Positions 12,881 to 26,327 are shown, counted from the stretch's first letter. The stretch: DNA of 64,000 bases from Batkoa obscura (GCA_030770535.1 JASVEC010000001.1:1426001-1490000); one strand, 5' to 3'. The notes: generated by a model not told the origin, from the sequence alone. Numbers and translations: made by a program.

Positions 12881-13897
12881 TTATCTTATAGGATTATATC
12901 CTAATAATACACGAATTTGATGGTTAATAGTATCATTAATAAACAGAGTAATCATTGGGGACATAATTTTATGGAGCATAACGAGGGAGATACAGATAGC
13001 ATCAATAGTAGGTGAACGAACCTGAGACGTAGCCAATTCATAAATAATGGTACATGTCATTGGTAAAAAACATAAAACAAATACAAGTGCATATAGCACA
13101 CATTTAAAAGCTACTTTTCTAAGATGGGATTTTGGAGTTGGACGAACGGTAATTGTAGTTAATGGAGCAGTACTACCTTCTGTATTAGATTTACGTACAT
13201 GACCAGAAGGTAAATAAGTGGGTGCAGGAGCTTCAATAAGTTGTCGAACAATGGTACAATATTTAGCTGTTATTGCCCAATAAAAATAGACACTAGCAAT
13301 CACTGGAATAATTAAAATAGCTAAAGTAGCCCATAAATGTATATGGGTTTGAGGGGCATCAGGTACATATCTTATATAACAATAAGCAAAGGAAGGCATA
13401 ATTCTAAAATCACCGCTTAATCCAATAACACATGCAAATATTATAGAAGGTAACCATAAACTATATTGAATCATTAACATCACTCTATCGGTAACATGAG
13501 TAGATTTAGAACCTATAACTTTACGGAAACGATAAAATCCTAAAAAGGTACCACACATAAGCCAAGTAAAACCGCAAATTAAAATCATGCTGCCTTCCAT
13601 TTGACAAGTATAAAAATCCCATAACCTATAACCTGAGGCTAATTTTAAGGTGTACCATACTAAGACCCAACCAGCAAATACTATATCTACAAATACCATT
13701 TGTAAGGTCATTAAGTTATCCGTTGTTTGTAAGGATTTCGTTCTTATAACTACTACTAAGATAATTAAACTGGGTATCATAGCTATTAAATTAAATAACA
13801 TAAAACTAGTTGGCACCAGTAGCGCTTGCCATGTATATAGTTCGGGTAAGCTTGAATCCATATAAGGTAACTCAACATATTCGGCAGGAACAGACAT
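12881..13897 (-). CDS. Class A (rhodopsin-like) 7TM GPCR-like protein
   Basis: Seven hydrophobic segments, TM3 Cys, FYRF at the DRY position, CFLP in TM6, SPMIT at the NPxxY position; paralog of 30609-31604. Confidence 0.8.
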   Translation of the reverse strand: MSVPAEYVELPYMDSSLPELYTWQALLVPTSFMLFNLIAMIPSLIILVVVIRTKSLQTTDNLMTLQMVFVDIVFAGWVLVWYTLKLASGYRLWDFYTCQMEGSMILICGFTWLMCGTFLGFYRFRKVIGSKSTHVTDRVMLMIQYSLWLPSIIFACVIGLSGDFRIMPSFAYCYIRYVPDAPQTHIHLWATLAILIIPVIASVYFYWAITAKYCTIVRQLIEAPAPTYLPSGHVRKSNTEGSTAPLTTITVRPTPKSHLRKVAFKCVLYALVFVLCFLPMTCTIIYELATSQVRSPTIDAICISLVMLHKIMSPMITLFINDTINHQIRVLLGYNPIR

Positions 13898-14217
13898 TTA
13901 TTTTTTCCTAGATATTAGTAATTATTGAAGGAGATTGATATACTTTATTTTAAAATAATCAAGTTATAGAAATAAAGGAATTCAAATAAATTAGTAAAAC
14001 TTATTTTATTAATTTAGGATTTTAGGTTTGATTCATCATGTTGATCTTTTTTTAAATAAATTCAATAAATTGGGCTATGTTCAACTGAAAGTTAACAAAC
14101 TTGAGATTGGCTCAAGCTTAAAGCTTAAATTTTAATCTTTTGTTTAGTATAATTATAAAAAATAAAAGAAGATTGTTAAATGAAGGAAAATTCGGTTTTA
14201 TTTATTAATTATTTTAT

Positions 14218-14267
14218 TTAGTAACTTCCTTCAATAAGGCAAGCAGTTTCATTATTATTATTATTAC

Positions 14268-14299
<32 letters not shown>

Positions 14300-15385
14300 G
14301 GTAAATAAGAATCAGATTTGGGCCTTAATTGGGATGGTGGTGTGTTTTTGATTTCTACCCATTTGAGTCTTGGTGAGCTTGGTAACATTGTTAATTGTAC
14401 ATTAGAATGAACAACTTCAGGTAGATTAAATAAAGTTAATAAATATGAATTGAAAGTGGGATGAAAGAAGAGTAGTACAATTGGATTTAATAAACCAGCT
14501 AGATTTAATAAAATTATATTAACTGAATCTAATAAATAATTTAATTTAAAATCATTATTAAATGAAAATATTAAGATTATTATTTCTAATATGTAAAATA
14601 AATAATAACCGGCCATTAATAAAAAACTTTGATTAATAGCTATAGATTGATTTTTTAAATTTGATTGAAATGAGTCATTAAAAAGATTATCTGAAAATAA
14701 GATAGCATCCTTTTTAATTTCTTCTCGTCGATTTTTTAATAAGATTATTAAGCCAATGTAATAAACGAAGATTATACAAACACTACCTAATTAAGATAAA
14801 ATTGAATTAATTATAATCTATTTATTAATAATATTATTATAGTTTACCTAATAATATAATTAAAGTGATTATTGAATTAGTATTATATTTTGGATTATTT
14901 CTATTAATATGACAATATACATTGGATGGCATTAATACAAATTTATCATTAATTAATTGAATCATAGATTCAATAAACGAAAAGATTGACAAAGCAACAA
15001 ATATTGAACTAAATATAAAACTTTTAATAGGTGCTTGATTACGGATCATTCGGGTAATGTTAAAATATTTTGAAATAGCTAATAATATAGTTGCACTTAA
15101 TGTAATATATAAATTACAATGAAATATAAAACCTGATAAACGACACAACAGGTGACTTATCTTGGACAAACTAATAATGGAATACAATTGATTAAATAAT
15201 ATTAATAATGAGTTGAAACTTTGAAAGATGGCTATAACTGCATAAAAAATGATATTTAAGTTTTTGAAATTGTTTTGCTGATAAAATATCTTAATCAGTA
15301 TTCCATTTAATAAGACTACACCTATACTTATAATCATGGACAGTATTTGTATAAATGGATAAAATGGGTTGTCTTCATGCTTCAT
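14218..15385 (-). CDS. 7TM GPCR-like protein, 2 exons (intron ~14789-14847), poly-Asn C-tail
   Basis: ORFs 14837-15475 and 14218-14616; likely ATG MKHEDNPF at 15385; LCRLSG, FVLMPSNVYC (shared with the other two GPCRs), LLNPIVLLF. Confidence 0.72.
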
Positions 15386-15768
15386 TTTTGGATTTGTAAT
15401 TAAAATAAGATAAAAGTTGATTTTTTTTGTTTTTGTTTTTAGTTTGACTTCCATCAATTTAATTTCCGGTATCAAGTTTTTATTTAATTCATTTGATTAG
15501 TTTATATTTTTTAGAAAAAAAATGAGTAATTTAAAACTTAATAATTACAATAGTATTCCTATAATTTAATAAAAGTGTTCAACTCCTAAATTATATTATT
15601 ATTTGAACTCTTATAAAATGCTTAGATTACTTAAATGTTAAATACCAATTTTATGTAGTTATAATATTCGAATGAGATCATTGGCCTTTTTATAACATAT
15701 TTCGAGCTTTTGTATTTTTTTTTCTATATTTTCATTGAAAAATATAATACTTTGAATAAGAAAGATAT

Positions 15769-15868
15769 GGGGATGTATTTTTTTGTTTAAGAATTTTACT
15801 AACAATCTTTCTGCTTAAATAGCGCTTAAAAAATGGAAAAAGTGATGAAACCAAAAAAAAACATCCCC
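15769..15868 (+). mobile_element. ~100 bp MITE family, copy 2 (best-preserved ends)
   Basis: GGGGATGTATTTTTT...AAAAAAAAACATCCCC terminal inverted repeat. Confidence 0.88.
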
Positions 15869-16571
15869 GTATCTTATTAAAGCATTTATATTTACGAAAA
15901 ACGGGAAAGGTAAACATTTAAAACATTGAATTTATAAAAAACTTCTCCTTTTGTTTTAATTTCTTATTGTTTTTTTTGATAAAATATATAAAGAAAAAGA
16001 GGCCAACAAAAATTTTAAGCTAAATCAGATATCAATATTTCAATATTACATTTTTTATTCCTTTGTTATCTTCCTTTACCTCGTACATCATAATACTTTA
16101 AAGATGATTATTATTTAACACTCTGTAATAAACTTATAAGCTTAATTGTTCACAATATAATTGTGAGATATTTCCATATATTTGCTACTTTAGAAGCTGA
16201 CTTGAGATATTTAATAAACAACAGACTTATTCCTCCCGCTAGTGCACATCAGTTATTAGACCAAAAAATATAGCATATTTCAAAATAAACAGTAATTCAA
16301 TCAGATGGGTTTGCTATTTCAGGTGGCTTGATCCTTGTACCAATTTGAGTGAAGGGTAGACTTATAATAATAATTTTAAATGAGAGGTTAGTTTATGAAT
16401 AGCTAAGTTATAAGTATGGGGATCGTTATTGAATTTAATTCGAGTATATGATATTAGTTTATATTTTATTATACTTAATAATTAACTATATAAATGATAA
16501 AATTAAAGTATTGAACTATTAAGTAGATATTATAATAATTTTAATCATTATTTATTTACAAAAAATTAATT

Positions 16572-16668
16572 GGGGTATTTTTTTGGCTTCGCTATTTTTT
16601 ACATTTTTTAAGCGCTATTTGAGCAGAAAGATTGTTAGTAAAATCCTTAAACAAAAAAATACATTCCC
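16572..16668 (-). mobile_element. ~100 bp MITE family, copy 3
   Basis: Reverse-complement match to copy 2. Confidence 0.85.
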
Positions 16669-16726
16669 AATTCATGACTAACGAATGATAAAATCAGAAC
16701 AGTATTAAGTTAGCCAGATTTTAAAC

Positions 16727-18070
16727 TTATACTCGTGCGAGTAGTTTTCTATTGACCATAATCTTAAGAACAAAGAAAAGACATGATCCTAATATAGCAG
16801 AGGTAGCTGCATACATAATAACAGGGACATAATTGGGCTTAGCTGGATTGGAGGTTGAAGCAGCTAATATTGCTGATGCAATAGGAGTGCCAACTAAGTT
16901 AGGAATACCGGAGCCAAAATAAAGTAAACCGTTGGTACTTGCAATGCCTTCTACACCAAATAATTGAACTGTGACTACGGGTAGCATTGAGATATAACCT
17001 CCAGCCGCCATACCATACAGTATATTGAAAGTTAATAATACACCGAAAGTAAATGAGAATGTCCATATAAAATAGCAGAAGAGGGAGGCAAGCCCAATAC
17101 AAACAAAAAGAATATTAATTCTACCAAAGCGATCACCTAAGGTCCCTAATGCAACTCTTCCAATGGCAGATCCACCATTTAATAATCCAATTAAAATAGA
17201 TCCTTGACTTTCAGTAAGGCCGATGGATTGAGCATATTTACCCATAAGTAAAAATGGAACAAGATAACCAAAAGAGCATAAGAAACCTCCAAAGAATAAT
17301 GCAAGAAATCTACGATCTTTAAACCTAGTAAAATCCAACCAAGAACCTCCATTTTTAGCCTTTACTCTTTCTTTTATGAAAAAAGAAGTAATAAGTAATA
17401 CAATAAAAGCAATAATGGCTAATACTCTTAATGCCCATCTAAAATCCAGATTGTTCAAAATAGTTTGGGTCACTGGACTCAATACTAAACCACCAATCCC
17501 AGAACCAGCTACAGCAACACCTGTAGCTAAACCAATGTACTTTTTAAACCATTGAGCAGGTGCACTTACAGCAGGCACAAATGCAATAGCACCACCAATA
17601 CCCACCAAAACACCCTGAGTTAAAAATAGATGCCAAACTTCAGTACTAAAAGAAGCTAATAGTAGGCCAATAACGTAAATGGCTGAGCCAAGGAGGATAG
17701 AATTACGATAACCCAATTTATCGGCTAATTTTCCTGTAAATACAGCTAATAATGTTTGAAGTGAAGTACTTATGGTACCAATAAAACTTAATGTAGATAA
17801 AGGCACTTTGTTTTTAAATAAGTTATCAGCATAGTATTGAACAAATACACCAGAACTAAGAGTTACTCCCATAATAATAAATAAATTAAAAAAACTTGCT
17901 ATTACTACTATCCAACCTTGGATACTATCAACATTTTGATCTTCCTCTATGTTCTCATATGTTGTAGGATCACTTGTCTCTTTAAATGTTGTAACGGAAT
18001 CAAAAGATAAATTTGCGGTTGTCTTGTCTTGTATACCAGACATTGGTATATTTATCGTACTATTACTCAT
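16727..18070 (-). CDS. MFS transporter, monocarboxylate (MCT/MCH) family
   Basis: DSIQGWIVVIASF, GKLADKLGYR and GTLGDRFGR motif A, QWFKKYIGLATG; about 12 TM segments. Confidence 0.93.
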   Translation of the reverse strand: MSNSTINIPMSGIQDKTTANLSFDSVTTFKETSDPTTYENIEEDQNVDSIQGWIVVIASFFNLFIIMGVTLSSGVFVQYYADNLFKNKVPLSTLSFIGTISTSLQTLLAVFTGKLADKLGYRNSILLGSAIYVIGLLLASFSTEVWHLFLTQGVLVGIGGAIAFVPAVSAPAQWFKKYIGLATGVAVAGSGIGGLVLSPVTQTILNNLDFRWALRVLAIIAFIVLLITSFFIKERVKAKNGGSWLDFTRFKDRRFLALFFGGFLCSFGYLVPFLLMGKYAQSIGLTESQGSILIGLLNGGSAIGRVALGTLGDRFGRINILFVCIGLASLFCYFIWTFSFTFGVLLTFNILYGMAAGGYISMLPVVTVQLFGVEGIASTNGLLYFGSGIPNLVGTPIASAILAASTSNPAKPNYVPVIMYAATSAILGSCLFFVLKIMVNRKLLARV

Positions 18071-19358
18071 TGGAGTATTTAATTTTTATATATTTAATTG
18101 ATTCATGCTTCTTATTTCAAGTTTATATACTCTACTTAAATTTTGATTGATTAAAGTCAGTTATAATTCGGGTTTGGTAGTCTTGAATAAGATACTTGCT
18201 TAAACTTGAGCTAGAAAATTGAATGGGATTTTTTTACATTGACTTTTACCGAATCTCGAGAATAACAATTTAATCATAAAAAAGCTTAAAGAATCCCGCA
18301 CTATAAAAATATGTAAAAGTAATCTTTTTTCCGATGTAATTACAAATTTGTTTGAGACCTTAATGGAAGAAGCTAAGATTATGAGTACAATACAATGATT
18401 TTATCAGAAATTCATAACGTGGGCTAATTTAAACCCAAGGTTCAACTTTTTCTCGATTTTAATTTATTGCAAAGGTGCAAAAGTAAACACAAGTAATATA
18501 AAAACCAAGGGATGTTTTTTCTACTTAAGAAATCGATTATGACATTTGCTAAATACTAAACTACTTAAAATATAAAAAACAATTAAATAGGGAGACATTC
18601 TCTGATTGTTTTTTACTTTATTTCAAATTAGTCACTTAAATTTTACACTTAGATCAAAATCAAACAAGAAAAAATATTTACAATTTCAATCCAGTTTTCA
18701 AATTCTTCCATACACTAAACATTATTTTAAAACATTATTAGCAGTTATTACTAAAAAAATAAATATTTTAAACAACTATATGTTCTAAGTCCTCCTTTTT
18801 TACGCTTATGAACAAAAAGTATAAAATGACTTTGGTTATTTATTAAAATTTGGATTTATTTTTATAAAATTGTTGGGGTTTTAAGTAACTGATAATATTT
18901 CGGTAAGTTTCAGTTACAATCATTAAGTTATAATAGTATACTCTGCTCTCCCTATTACTATCACAAATTAATTGAAATATATCATAAAAGTGTAAATATC
19001 TTCATTTTATAACTTTGTCTACTTTTATTAATTGAAAATTTGAAATTTTATTACTCAAATTTCAAGTAAAAACTACTTTCCAGTTCATGGTGAATATTTA
19101 AGTTTTTACTTTATTTTCATGTTTGAGAATTTTTTAGATTTTAATAATAAAAATGAACAAATAAAATTAGAGGAGATATGCATATATTTTAATGTCGAAC
19201 ATAATGGAATTAAAGAAAATGAGTATTTATTAATCGTTTGCCTTTTTGAATAACAATATAGAAGGGGATTTTAATTTTAGTATTAACATGTATAGTACAG
19301 TATTTGTTCTAACAGGTTCATCTGCTTAGATGTTAATAATGTTAATTATTGTTTATAA

Positions 19359-19975
19359 TTTTTTTATAGAAAATTTTGAAAGAGCCGAAGGCTCCCAAGT
19401 GTTTTATTGTTGGGGGAAAATTATAATTGATTAGTGACTGGTGTGATGGATAGAAGAGAGAAATGCGGGATCGAATGCGAGGAGGGTTATGCAAAAGCAG
19501 TAAAGTGCTCTAGCTCAACTTTGCCCGCCCTGGAGTTGAGTAGATTTAATTAAAGGGTGGAGAACTCTTGTTTATAGAGAGCTGCCCAAAAATGAAGATA
19601 ACAGAGGACCAAGCTAGCGAACCAACTTTGAAATTTGAATAGGGTGAGTTATAGACTGAATAAATGGCCCATAAACCCATTGAAATAATAAAAGCTTGAG
19701 GAAAGGTTCAAAAGAGGGAAGTGTAGCAAGAAGCTGGTTAAAATCTGATTTCAATGTGTCGAAGTGAGAGGGAGGTAAGTTAAAAAAGGTAATCATACAA
19801 GCCCAAAAACTTTGGATGATGGGGCAGAACATAAATCCGTGGTCTATATGTTTTTTGATATCATTGCAGAAAATATATTCTTTTCTGAAATTAAGAACAG
19901 AGTGGGACAGTTAGAGTCTAGTTTTAAATGCACAAGCTTAAACCTCCATAAATGAGAGTGAAGCTCGAGGGTTTA
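19359..19975 (-). mobile_element. 5'-truncated non-LTR retrotransposon (LINE) remnant
   Basis: Minus strand encodes HLWRFKL.. and EYIFCNDIKKHIDHGFMFCPIIQSFW (zf-RVT-like CxxC..H..CP..W), then AATAAA, a GAGCC-TTC-GGCTC hairpin and an A-rich tail; GC higher than flanks. Confidence 0.62.
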
Positions 19976-20408
19976 TTTTTTATAGTTATTTTTTATAGTT
20001 ATTTTTAAATTCCTATCATAACAAAAAAACATTCTTAATTATGTTTGATGCAAAGATCGTATTTAAAGGCCCAAAATATTATAAATATAATTTATAGGCT
20101 CAAGTAGCTGACAAACAGTTGGGAGTACAGTAATATTCAACAATAGATATTATTGTTTGCTTATAATTTTGTTGTAACTCAATTTATTCAAAAATAAATT
20201 AACATCAATTTTCGTAAATTTCTTTAATATTTAAAATTTCTATATGTCAAGGTTTACAAAAATATCATCAAAACTACTAAACTGTTTATTTTATTTTATA
20301 GAAAATCAGTTATAATAATTTGCTAAAAAAATAAATTGAAAATAGTATTATAAAAGCTTTATTGTTATTACATATGTTATACAGATTAGCGAGTTATTAA
20401 AGTTTCAA

Positions 20409-21515
20409 TCAACCTAACGTCGGAGTGTTTTCCAACTTGTTACATAGCGCTCTACTCATATTAGACAAAGGAGGAGCAACCAATAACACAGAAGTGGTGA
20501 ATTTATATTTTACACTTATATCTGTACATGTCGATTTAAAGTCATTAATTTTAACTATCTTAAGGTTTGGAAAAAGAGCTAAGAAATAAATAAATGGCTG
20601 GTACTTAGTATCCCAGTGATCTACTTTAATTTGTTTTATAAATCTGCACTTGATTGTGCCATACTCTTCAGCATCTAAGTCACTGCTGTTTAAGTAAAGT
20701 TTACTAAACATTTTTTTGTAATCAAAGGTTGAAATATTGAAATGAACAGTTTAAATGTTTGGCAATAAAGAAATCAAAGTTAATGAACTTTTTGAAAACT
20801 TGTGAACGTGTACTACTTTTAAGGCTGATAACCTCAAACGTTTATCTTCACTTAAGTGATCGTAATAAGGTAAACCAGTTGTATTACTACATTTAATTGA
20901 TTTAGTCTCATTATAATTAACCCTATCAAACCTAAAATAAAACTTATGGTCTATGACTTTTATATTTTTTAGCTGCTCTAAATCACCAAACAATTTAAAA
21001 TCAATGTTAAAGTCTCTGTATATCTTCAATTATAAGGGTGAGGTAAATTATATATCGTTGTGAATATTAGGGACATAATAGAAATAAGATTTTAAATTTG
21101 ATAACTTTGGTAGATCAAGTTCTATAGCAATAGTGGTGTTACTATAGTAATCCCAATCATCGTTCCTATATTCATACCAAACATTGCCACCATAGTTATC
21201 CTTATAGTTGATATGTTTATAATATGTATACTTTATATTTGGACGATAATCTAAATATTCTATATTTTCGTCTTTTGAATTTATATGCTTTATTAAAATC
21301 CCATTTTCCTTAATGAACTCTTCTTGATAGCAGCAATATTCTTCAAATTCCTCTTGATTGTAAACTGAATAAGTTAAATTATACCTTATAACCCCACTTA
21401 CAACTTTGAACAAATATTTGCTCGAAAAGCGCAACTCAAGCAGCTCAACTGGATTCAGTAATTTGAACATGTTCTCTGGTAGAAGGTCAGGTAGTAAATC
21501 AACTTTTAGCGACGT
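20409..21515 (-). pseudogene. F-box/LRR-like pseudogene
   Basis: ORFs 21048-21551, 20751-21029 and 20409-20711 share one frame, separated by three TAA codons; F-box-like LLPDLLPENMFKLLNPVELLELRFSSKYL; no ATG before the F-box (ACG at 21515). Confidence 0.65.
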
Positions 21516-22503
21516 TTGTAAATAAAATATAATAAAGAGAAAGGAGTTCAATTTTTAAATTCTATACACTACATTTTAAACTGTTTTATAGACAACTTTA
21601 TTATGAAATGCTACTAAAAAATAAAGATAACTATAAATGCATTAATGATTTTAAAGATAGTAATATAGTAATAAGATCGTTAAATAAATAAATAAATAAT
21701 AGGTAACTTAAGTTAAGTTTCCTGTAAATTAAACAGTATATGAAGATAAATTACGAAATGGTGACTCTATAACTAAGGATAAAATCTTTTACACAACTAA
21801 CAGCAATGAATTAAGGTATTTTCCTATCAAATTATTACTATTATAATAACGATACTAATTTCTGGTTAGTACAATTCATGTCATAGTTAATGAGTATATT
21901 GTGTTGTATTTTTGTACATTGATTTTTTATAGTTTTTATTATCTCCCCTTTATATTCATTTATTTGATGTTTATTTAAACTAAATATTCACAATAAGTCC
22001 CATTTTATATTTTAAACCAAGTTGTATTGAATTAAATAATAGATTAAATCTTGTTATTTTAGCTTTAATAATCGTAATGATAAAATGGTCATTCTCTGAA
22101 GTTAACAATTATTAGTTTTAGCGCAGTACATACACGTAAATAATAATATAACTGTCTTATTTATTTTATTCTTCCTTTTCAAAATCTAACATTCTCTAAC
22201 TCTTTTTCTCTATTATAAGCTTTTGTTAAATATGAATCAAGACGCATTTCAATGTTAACTCGAGCATAATTGTACTAGATTGGTATTGAGTACTTTTATG
22301 ACATGATTTTTACAAAATATTTTCCGAAGATCCTGAAAACAATAAAGCTGCCTTGCTTTTAATATCCTGCTTTACCTCCTCGTTTATTATACCAGTGCTT
22401 CTCTTTTGCTCCATTACTTTTTCAAAATTTAGAACTTTTTTCTAAAATAAATTACGTAACTTTAAATCAAACAAACCATTTTTTGATAAAGAATCAACAC
22501 ATA

Positions 22504-23796
22504 ATGTTAGCCAAAGCCCATAAATATTTAAACAACCATAGCACGTTTAAATTAAAGGATTTATCAGAATCTAATTTAAGATTCATACTTAGTCATTTTT
22601 CGTTATATCAAAAATCTTTGTTTCTAAGAGTTTGTAAAGAATGGCGATCACTATTATTACCTTTAGTTTGGGAATCTATAGACATTGGATTATCATTTAA
22701 AATGCAAAACCAAAAATTAAAAACAATAAAAAAATATGGTCGTTTTATTAAGCACTTAACTACAGATATTTATGGGTATCCAGCCCTTAACAGTTTTAAG
22801 CATCCAAACTTAAAATCAATCTCAGCCACTTTACACACTTACCTATTAGCTGTTCATAATAAGTTTAACTTGAGTTTACACCACTTAACTTATCAGTTTT
22901 ATATCCAAAGAATACCTACGAGAACCTTTTTGTTTCAAAACGATATCGACCTGGCCCAAATATTTCATAGCTTAAAAAGTATAACGTTGCCAGAAGTAAG
23001 TTCAGGTCCAGTTTTGGAAGTTATCAATTTGCTTCCGCCAACTTTAACCTCAGTTGCGTTGACAGATAGTGGCTATCAATTACCATATTTTGAAAAAGTG
23101 TTTTGTAAAGTTCCTAAACTCAAACATTTAAGATTGGGCTTTAAACTTTATACTTTTGAGAATTTTTTATATTTACAATCAAACTTATTTAAAGACTTAG
23201 AAAGTTTAACTTTTAAAGGCTTTATAGTTCGTGGTTTCGATGAACTATATTTTGAGCTTGAAAATTTCCCTAAATTAAATAGAATAGAATGTATTTATTG
23301 TACCCCTTTAATCTTAGTCGGTCCTTCAAAAATAACCTCCCTGTATTTTTTGGGCATGAATATTAACTATATTGAACTTAGTGATTCTTCTTTTCAGCAT
23401 TTAAGAAAGTTAACTTTAATTCAATGTTTTAATTTAACTTCGCAGCAATTATACTTTATACTTAAACTGCCTAATTTAACCTATCTACATTTAGATTCTA
23501 AATGTTTAAATTACATTTTACTATTAGATTCTATTTACCCAACCTTAAAATCGTCAATTATTACCTTAGAGCTTACTAGCTTTGTCCTTGGAACTGCATT
23601 CTTCAAGTTCGTTCTGAATTCGTGTTATCTCTTGCAAAGACTGTCCCTTTTTGATTGTAGCCTAGAAAATAATTTTAATAGGTTATATCTTATTTTGGGG
23701 CCTGAATTAAGACCTAAACTTGATTCAATGCTATTTAAATTAATTCATTGCGATACTGAACTGTCTAAACTCGAAAATAACCTTTTTCTTGGCTAA
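22504..23796 (+). CDS. F-box/LRR protein
   Basis: LKDLSESNLRFILSHFSLYQKSLFLRVCKEWRSL F-box, followed by LxxLxL repeats (PKLKHLRL, PNLTYLHL); first ATG at 22504. Confidence 0.8.
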   Translation: MLAKAHKYLNNHSTFKLKDLSESNLRFILSHFSLYQKSLFLRVCKEWRSLLLPLVWESIDIGLSFKMQNQKLKTIKKYGRFIKHLTTDIYGYPALNSFKHPNLKSISATLHTYLLAVHNKFNLSLHHLTYQFYIQRIPTRTFLFQNDIDLAQIFHSLKSITLPEVSSGPVLEVINLLPPTLTSVALTDSGYQLPYFEKVFCKVPKLKHLRLGFKLYTFENFLYLQSNLFKDLESLTFKGFIVRGFDELYFELENFPKLNRIECIYCTPLILVGPSKITSLYFLGMNINYIELSDSSFQHLRKLTLIQCFNLTSQQLYFILKLPNLTYLHLDSKCLNYILLLDSIYPTLKSSIITLELTSFVLGTAFFKFVLNSCYLLQRLSLFDCSLENNFNRLYLILGPELRPKLDSMLFKLIHCDTELSKLENNLFLG

Positions 23797-24112
23797 CTCA
23801 CATTTTAGTGAATGACTTACTTTTCTAGTTATTTATATACATATATCTAACCTAGTTTAGTTTGTCTTTTTATAAACTTTTTTTCATCATTAAAAGTAAG
23901 CTAAATTATGCCAATACGACTTTGATAATAAAGTTCGGGTAATTTTATATAAGGCGTCATCTTAAACACTAAGTAAAAAAATTAGTAAATCGAAATTAAA
24001 CAACATATAATATAAAATAATAGCAAAAAGGTTAAATGCATGTATCAAACGTTGAAAATAAAAATATACTTCAATAAAAGTCGTGACTGGAATCAATTTG
24101 TATACCGTTTAA

Positions 24113-25009
24113 TTAGAGATCCCTCCAAAGTTCTTGAAATAGCATTGATAAATAGTTAACAAGGTGGTGTGCAATTTTGATCTGTTTTTTAGCCACAGCT
24201 GAGTTGGTAGTGTTGATACAATCTAATTTAGGTAAAATTGTGAAGTTGGAAAATTTATCTGGATGAAATTTTAACAGTTCTCGTTTTAAAATGGTCTTCC
24301 TCTTATCCAAATCCGCTTTTAGGTCAATATTTAAATAACTTGTTATGGTAGATTTGTTAATATACTTTGAAAACTCTGGGTTATCCTCATCTAAAGTCAA
24401 AATTGAGGTAATTATTTCTTTTCTAAAAGGCCAAGGTATGTTGGATATTTGGAAGCCCTCTATTTCTTTATTACTATTTTGTAAATAAGAGTTATTGTTA
24501 GTAATATCTGTCCATTCTTTGAAGTAATATAGCCTTTCTTTAGTATTGTTTGATTTAGATTCACCCTTTTTGCTTGAATTTCTTTTCTTCTTTTCGTTTT
24601 CTTCTTCTTTATCTTTATCTTTATCTTTATCTTTGTTTTTATGCCCATTATCCTCTACTTTAAAACGTGATCTAGCTCCCTCAGTATATTTTTGCTTTTT
24701 CCTTCGCATACCATCAATTATATATCTTCTATACTCCTCTTCATCCATATTCATTAGCTGGTCTTTATTTTCTTGGCTGCGATAAGTTTGTTCAAACCTA
24801 TGGTGCCAAAAATCCGGCTCTTCTTCACCAAGGGTATCCATTAGATGATCTTGCCACTCTCTTTCTTTTAAATCTTGATTCAAACTAGCTCTGTTATAAT
24901 CCTCATCAAAATGATAATTATCCGTATAATAGTTGCTTTTGGGCCTTTTATGGCTCTCCTCTTTTCGCTTCCTCTCCCTTTTCTTCGGTGGTTTTAATTT
25001 TAATTTCAT
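24113..25009 (-). CDS. Conserved nuclear protein, NFKBIL1 C-terminal-like
   Basis: MKLKLK N-terminus, MDEEEYRRYIIDGM, IPWP and LKRELLKFHPDKF motifs. Confidence 0.55.
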   Translation of the reverse strand: MKLKLKPPKKRERKRKEESHKRPKSNYYTDNYHFDEDYNRASLNQDLKEREWQDHLMDTLGEEEPDFWHHRFEQTYRSQENKDQLMNMDEEEYRRYIIDGMRRKKQKYTEGARSRFKVEDNGHKNKDKDKDKDKEEENEKKKRNSSKKGESKSNNTKERLYYFKEWTDITNNNSYLQNSNKEIEGFQISNIPWPFRKEIITSILTLDEDNPEFSKYINKSTITSYLNIDLKADLDKRKTILKRELLKFHPDKFSNFTILPKLDCINTTNSAVAKKQIKIAHHLVNYLSMLFQELWRDL

Positions 25010-25620
25010 AGTTACAATTAAAAAAGCTAGTGTTTCATGAAATATATAGCTATGAAATGCGTAGCCTCATTTTATGCAACTTAATTTGCATATTTTAGAA
25101 ATTAAGGAGTACTGGTTATTAGTTTATTAAAACATCACTACTGTCGGTATAAAGGTATTTAAAATAGCAATGCTTAATATGATGATAGGTAATGTTGTAA
25201 CTCATAATTTCAGCTATTTGGACACTGAGATATGCGCGAATTACATATCTAAATACTATAAGACTACTTTATGATAACTAAAGTAATAAACTTTACGTCC
25301 AACAATTTTAATAAGATTAGAAAAATAACATAATATAACTAAAATAACCCACTACATTAATATTATAATATCAGTATTCATACTTCAAATTATAGCTCTG
25401 TATTTTTAATGCTTCTTCCAACCATTATAAATTGAAAGCTTTTTACAATTATATAAAGTTTGACCTTTTGTGCTAATCTAACCATGTTTATTGAAATGAT
25501 CAAAGCTCTTGTTTAACTAGGGGAGTGACCAACACTATAGGAGGTAATAACCATGTTTTGGGAGCCAGTACATATTATTTCCTCAGGTGCTCCTTTTCCT
25601 AGTCCTATTCCTGGTAGATC

Positions 25621-25773
25621 CTATCTCCCATTAGTATCATCTTGTAACGGTAGTCCCTCAATGCCTCTTCTATCAGTCATACCACAAGAGGATAGCCTCT
25701 CTTCATCTTTTCTATTTATAAACCTTGTGATAATAGCATTTAAAGTGAGGAGTAAAATAAAGTTCAACTTAAT
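25621..25773 (-). pseudogene. Relic of a small secreted protein gene (family A), start codon lost
   Basis: Minus strand reads (ATT)KLNFILLLTLNAIITRFINRKDEE..; compare MKLNFILLLA and MKLSFILFLALNSLNAMSINRRD in the paralogs. Confidence 0.6.
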
Positions 25774-26327
25774 TATTATTAGATTAAATTACTGTTTTAA
25801 ATCTTTCAGTGTCTAATTCCCTGCCTAATGCACTGTTTATTAATAATATTATAGATAGGTCTTATAGCTTTTAGAATTTCATTAGTATTGAATTAATCAA
25901 TTAATTAAACTAACACATATCAATCAAATAGATAGCTCATTTTATTATAAAGTAATATACAAACTGATATTTAATAACTTTTATTTCATTAGAAATTTTT
26001 GATTTGGCCATTAATTTTTTCTAATATACCATTAGTTTCTTTACATTTTTAATTGCCCCTCACAAATTCAAGACGTTGGTATTTTTATAAATATATTACC
26101 TGTAGGCAATTTGGCTCCTTGCTTTTCAAAAGCCTATTTTATTGCTAGATACCTTGTATCACTGTTAGAACATTTAAAAAATGCTTTTTTGTTTAGTCTA
26201 ACCATTATTATAACATCAATCAATATGTTTATTTAAGTTAAAAAAAATTCACTTGAAAACTCACATGATTAAGTCTTTATAGCTATAGGCTTAGCTTTAA
26301 AATGACACATTAATACTTGCTACATAT

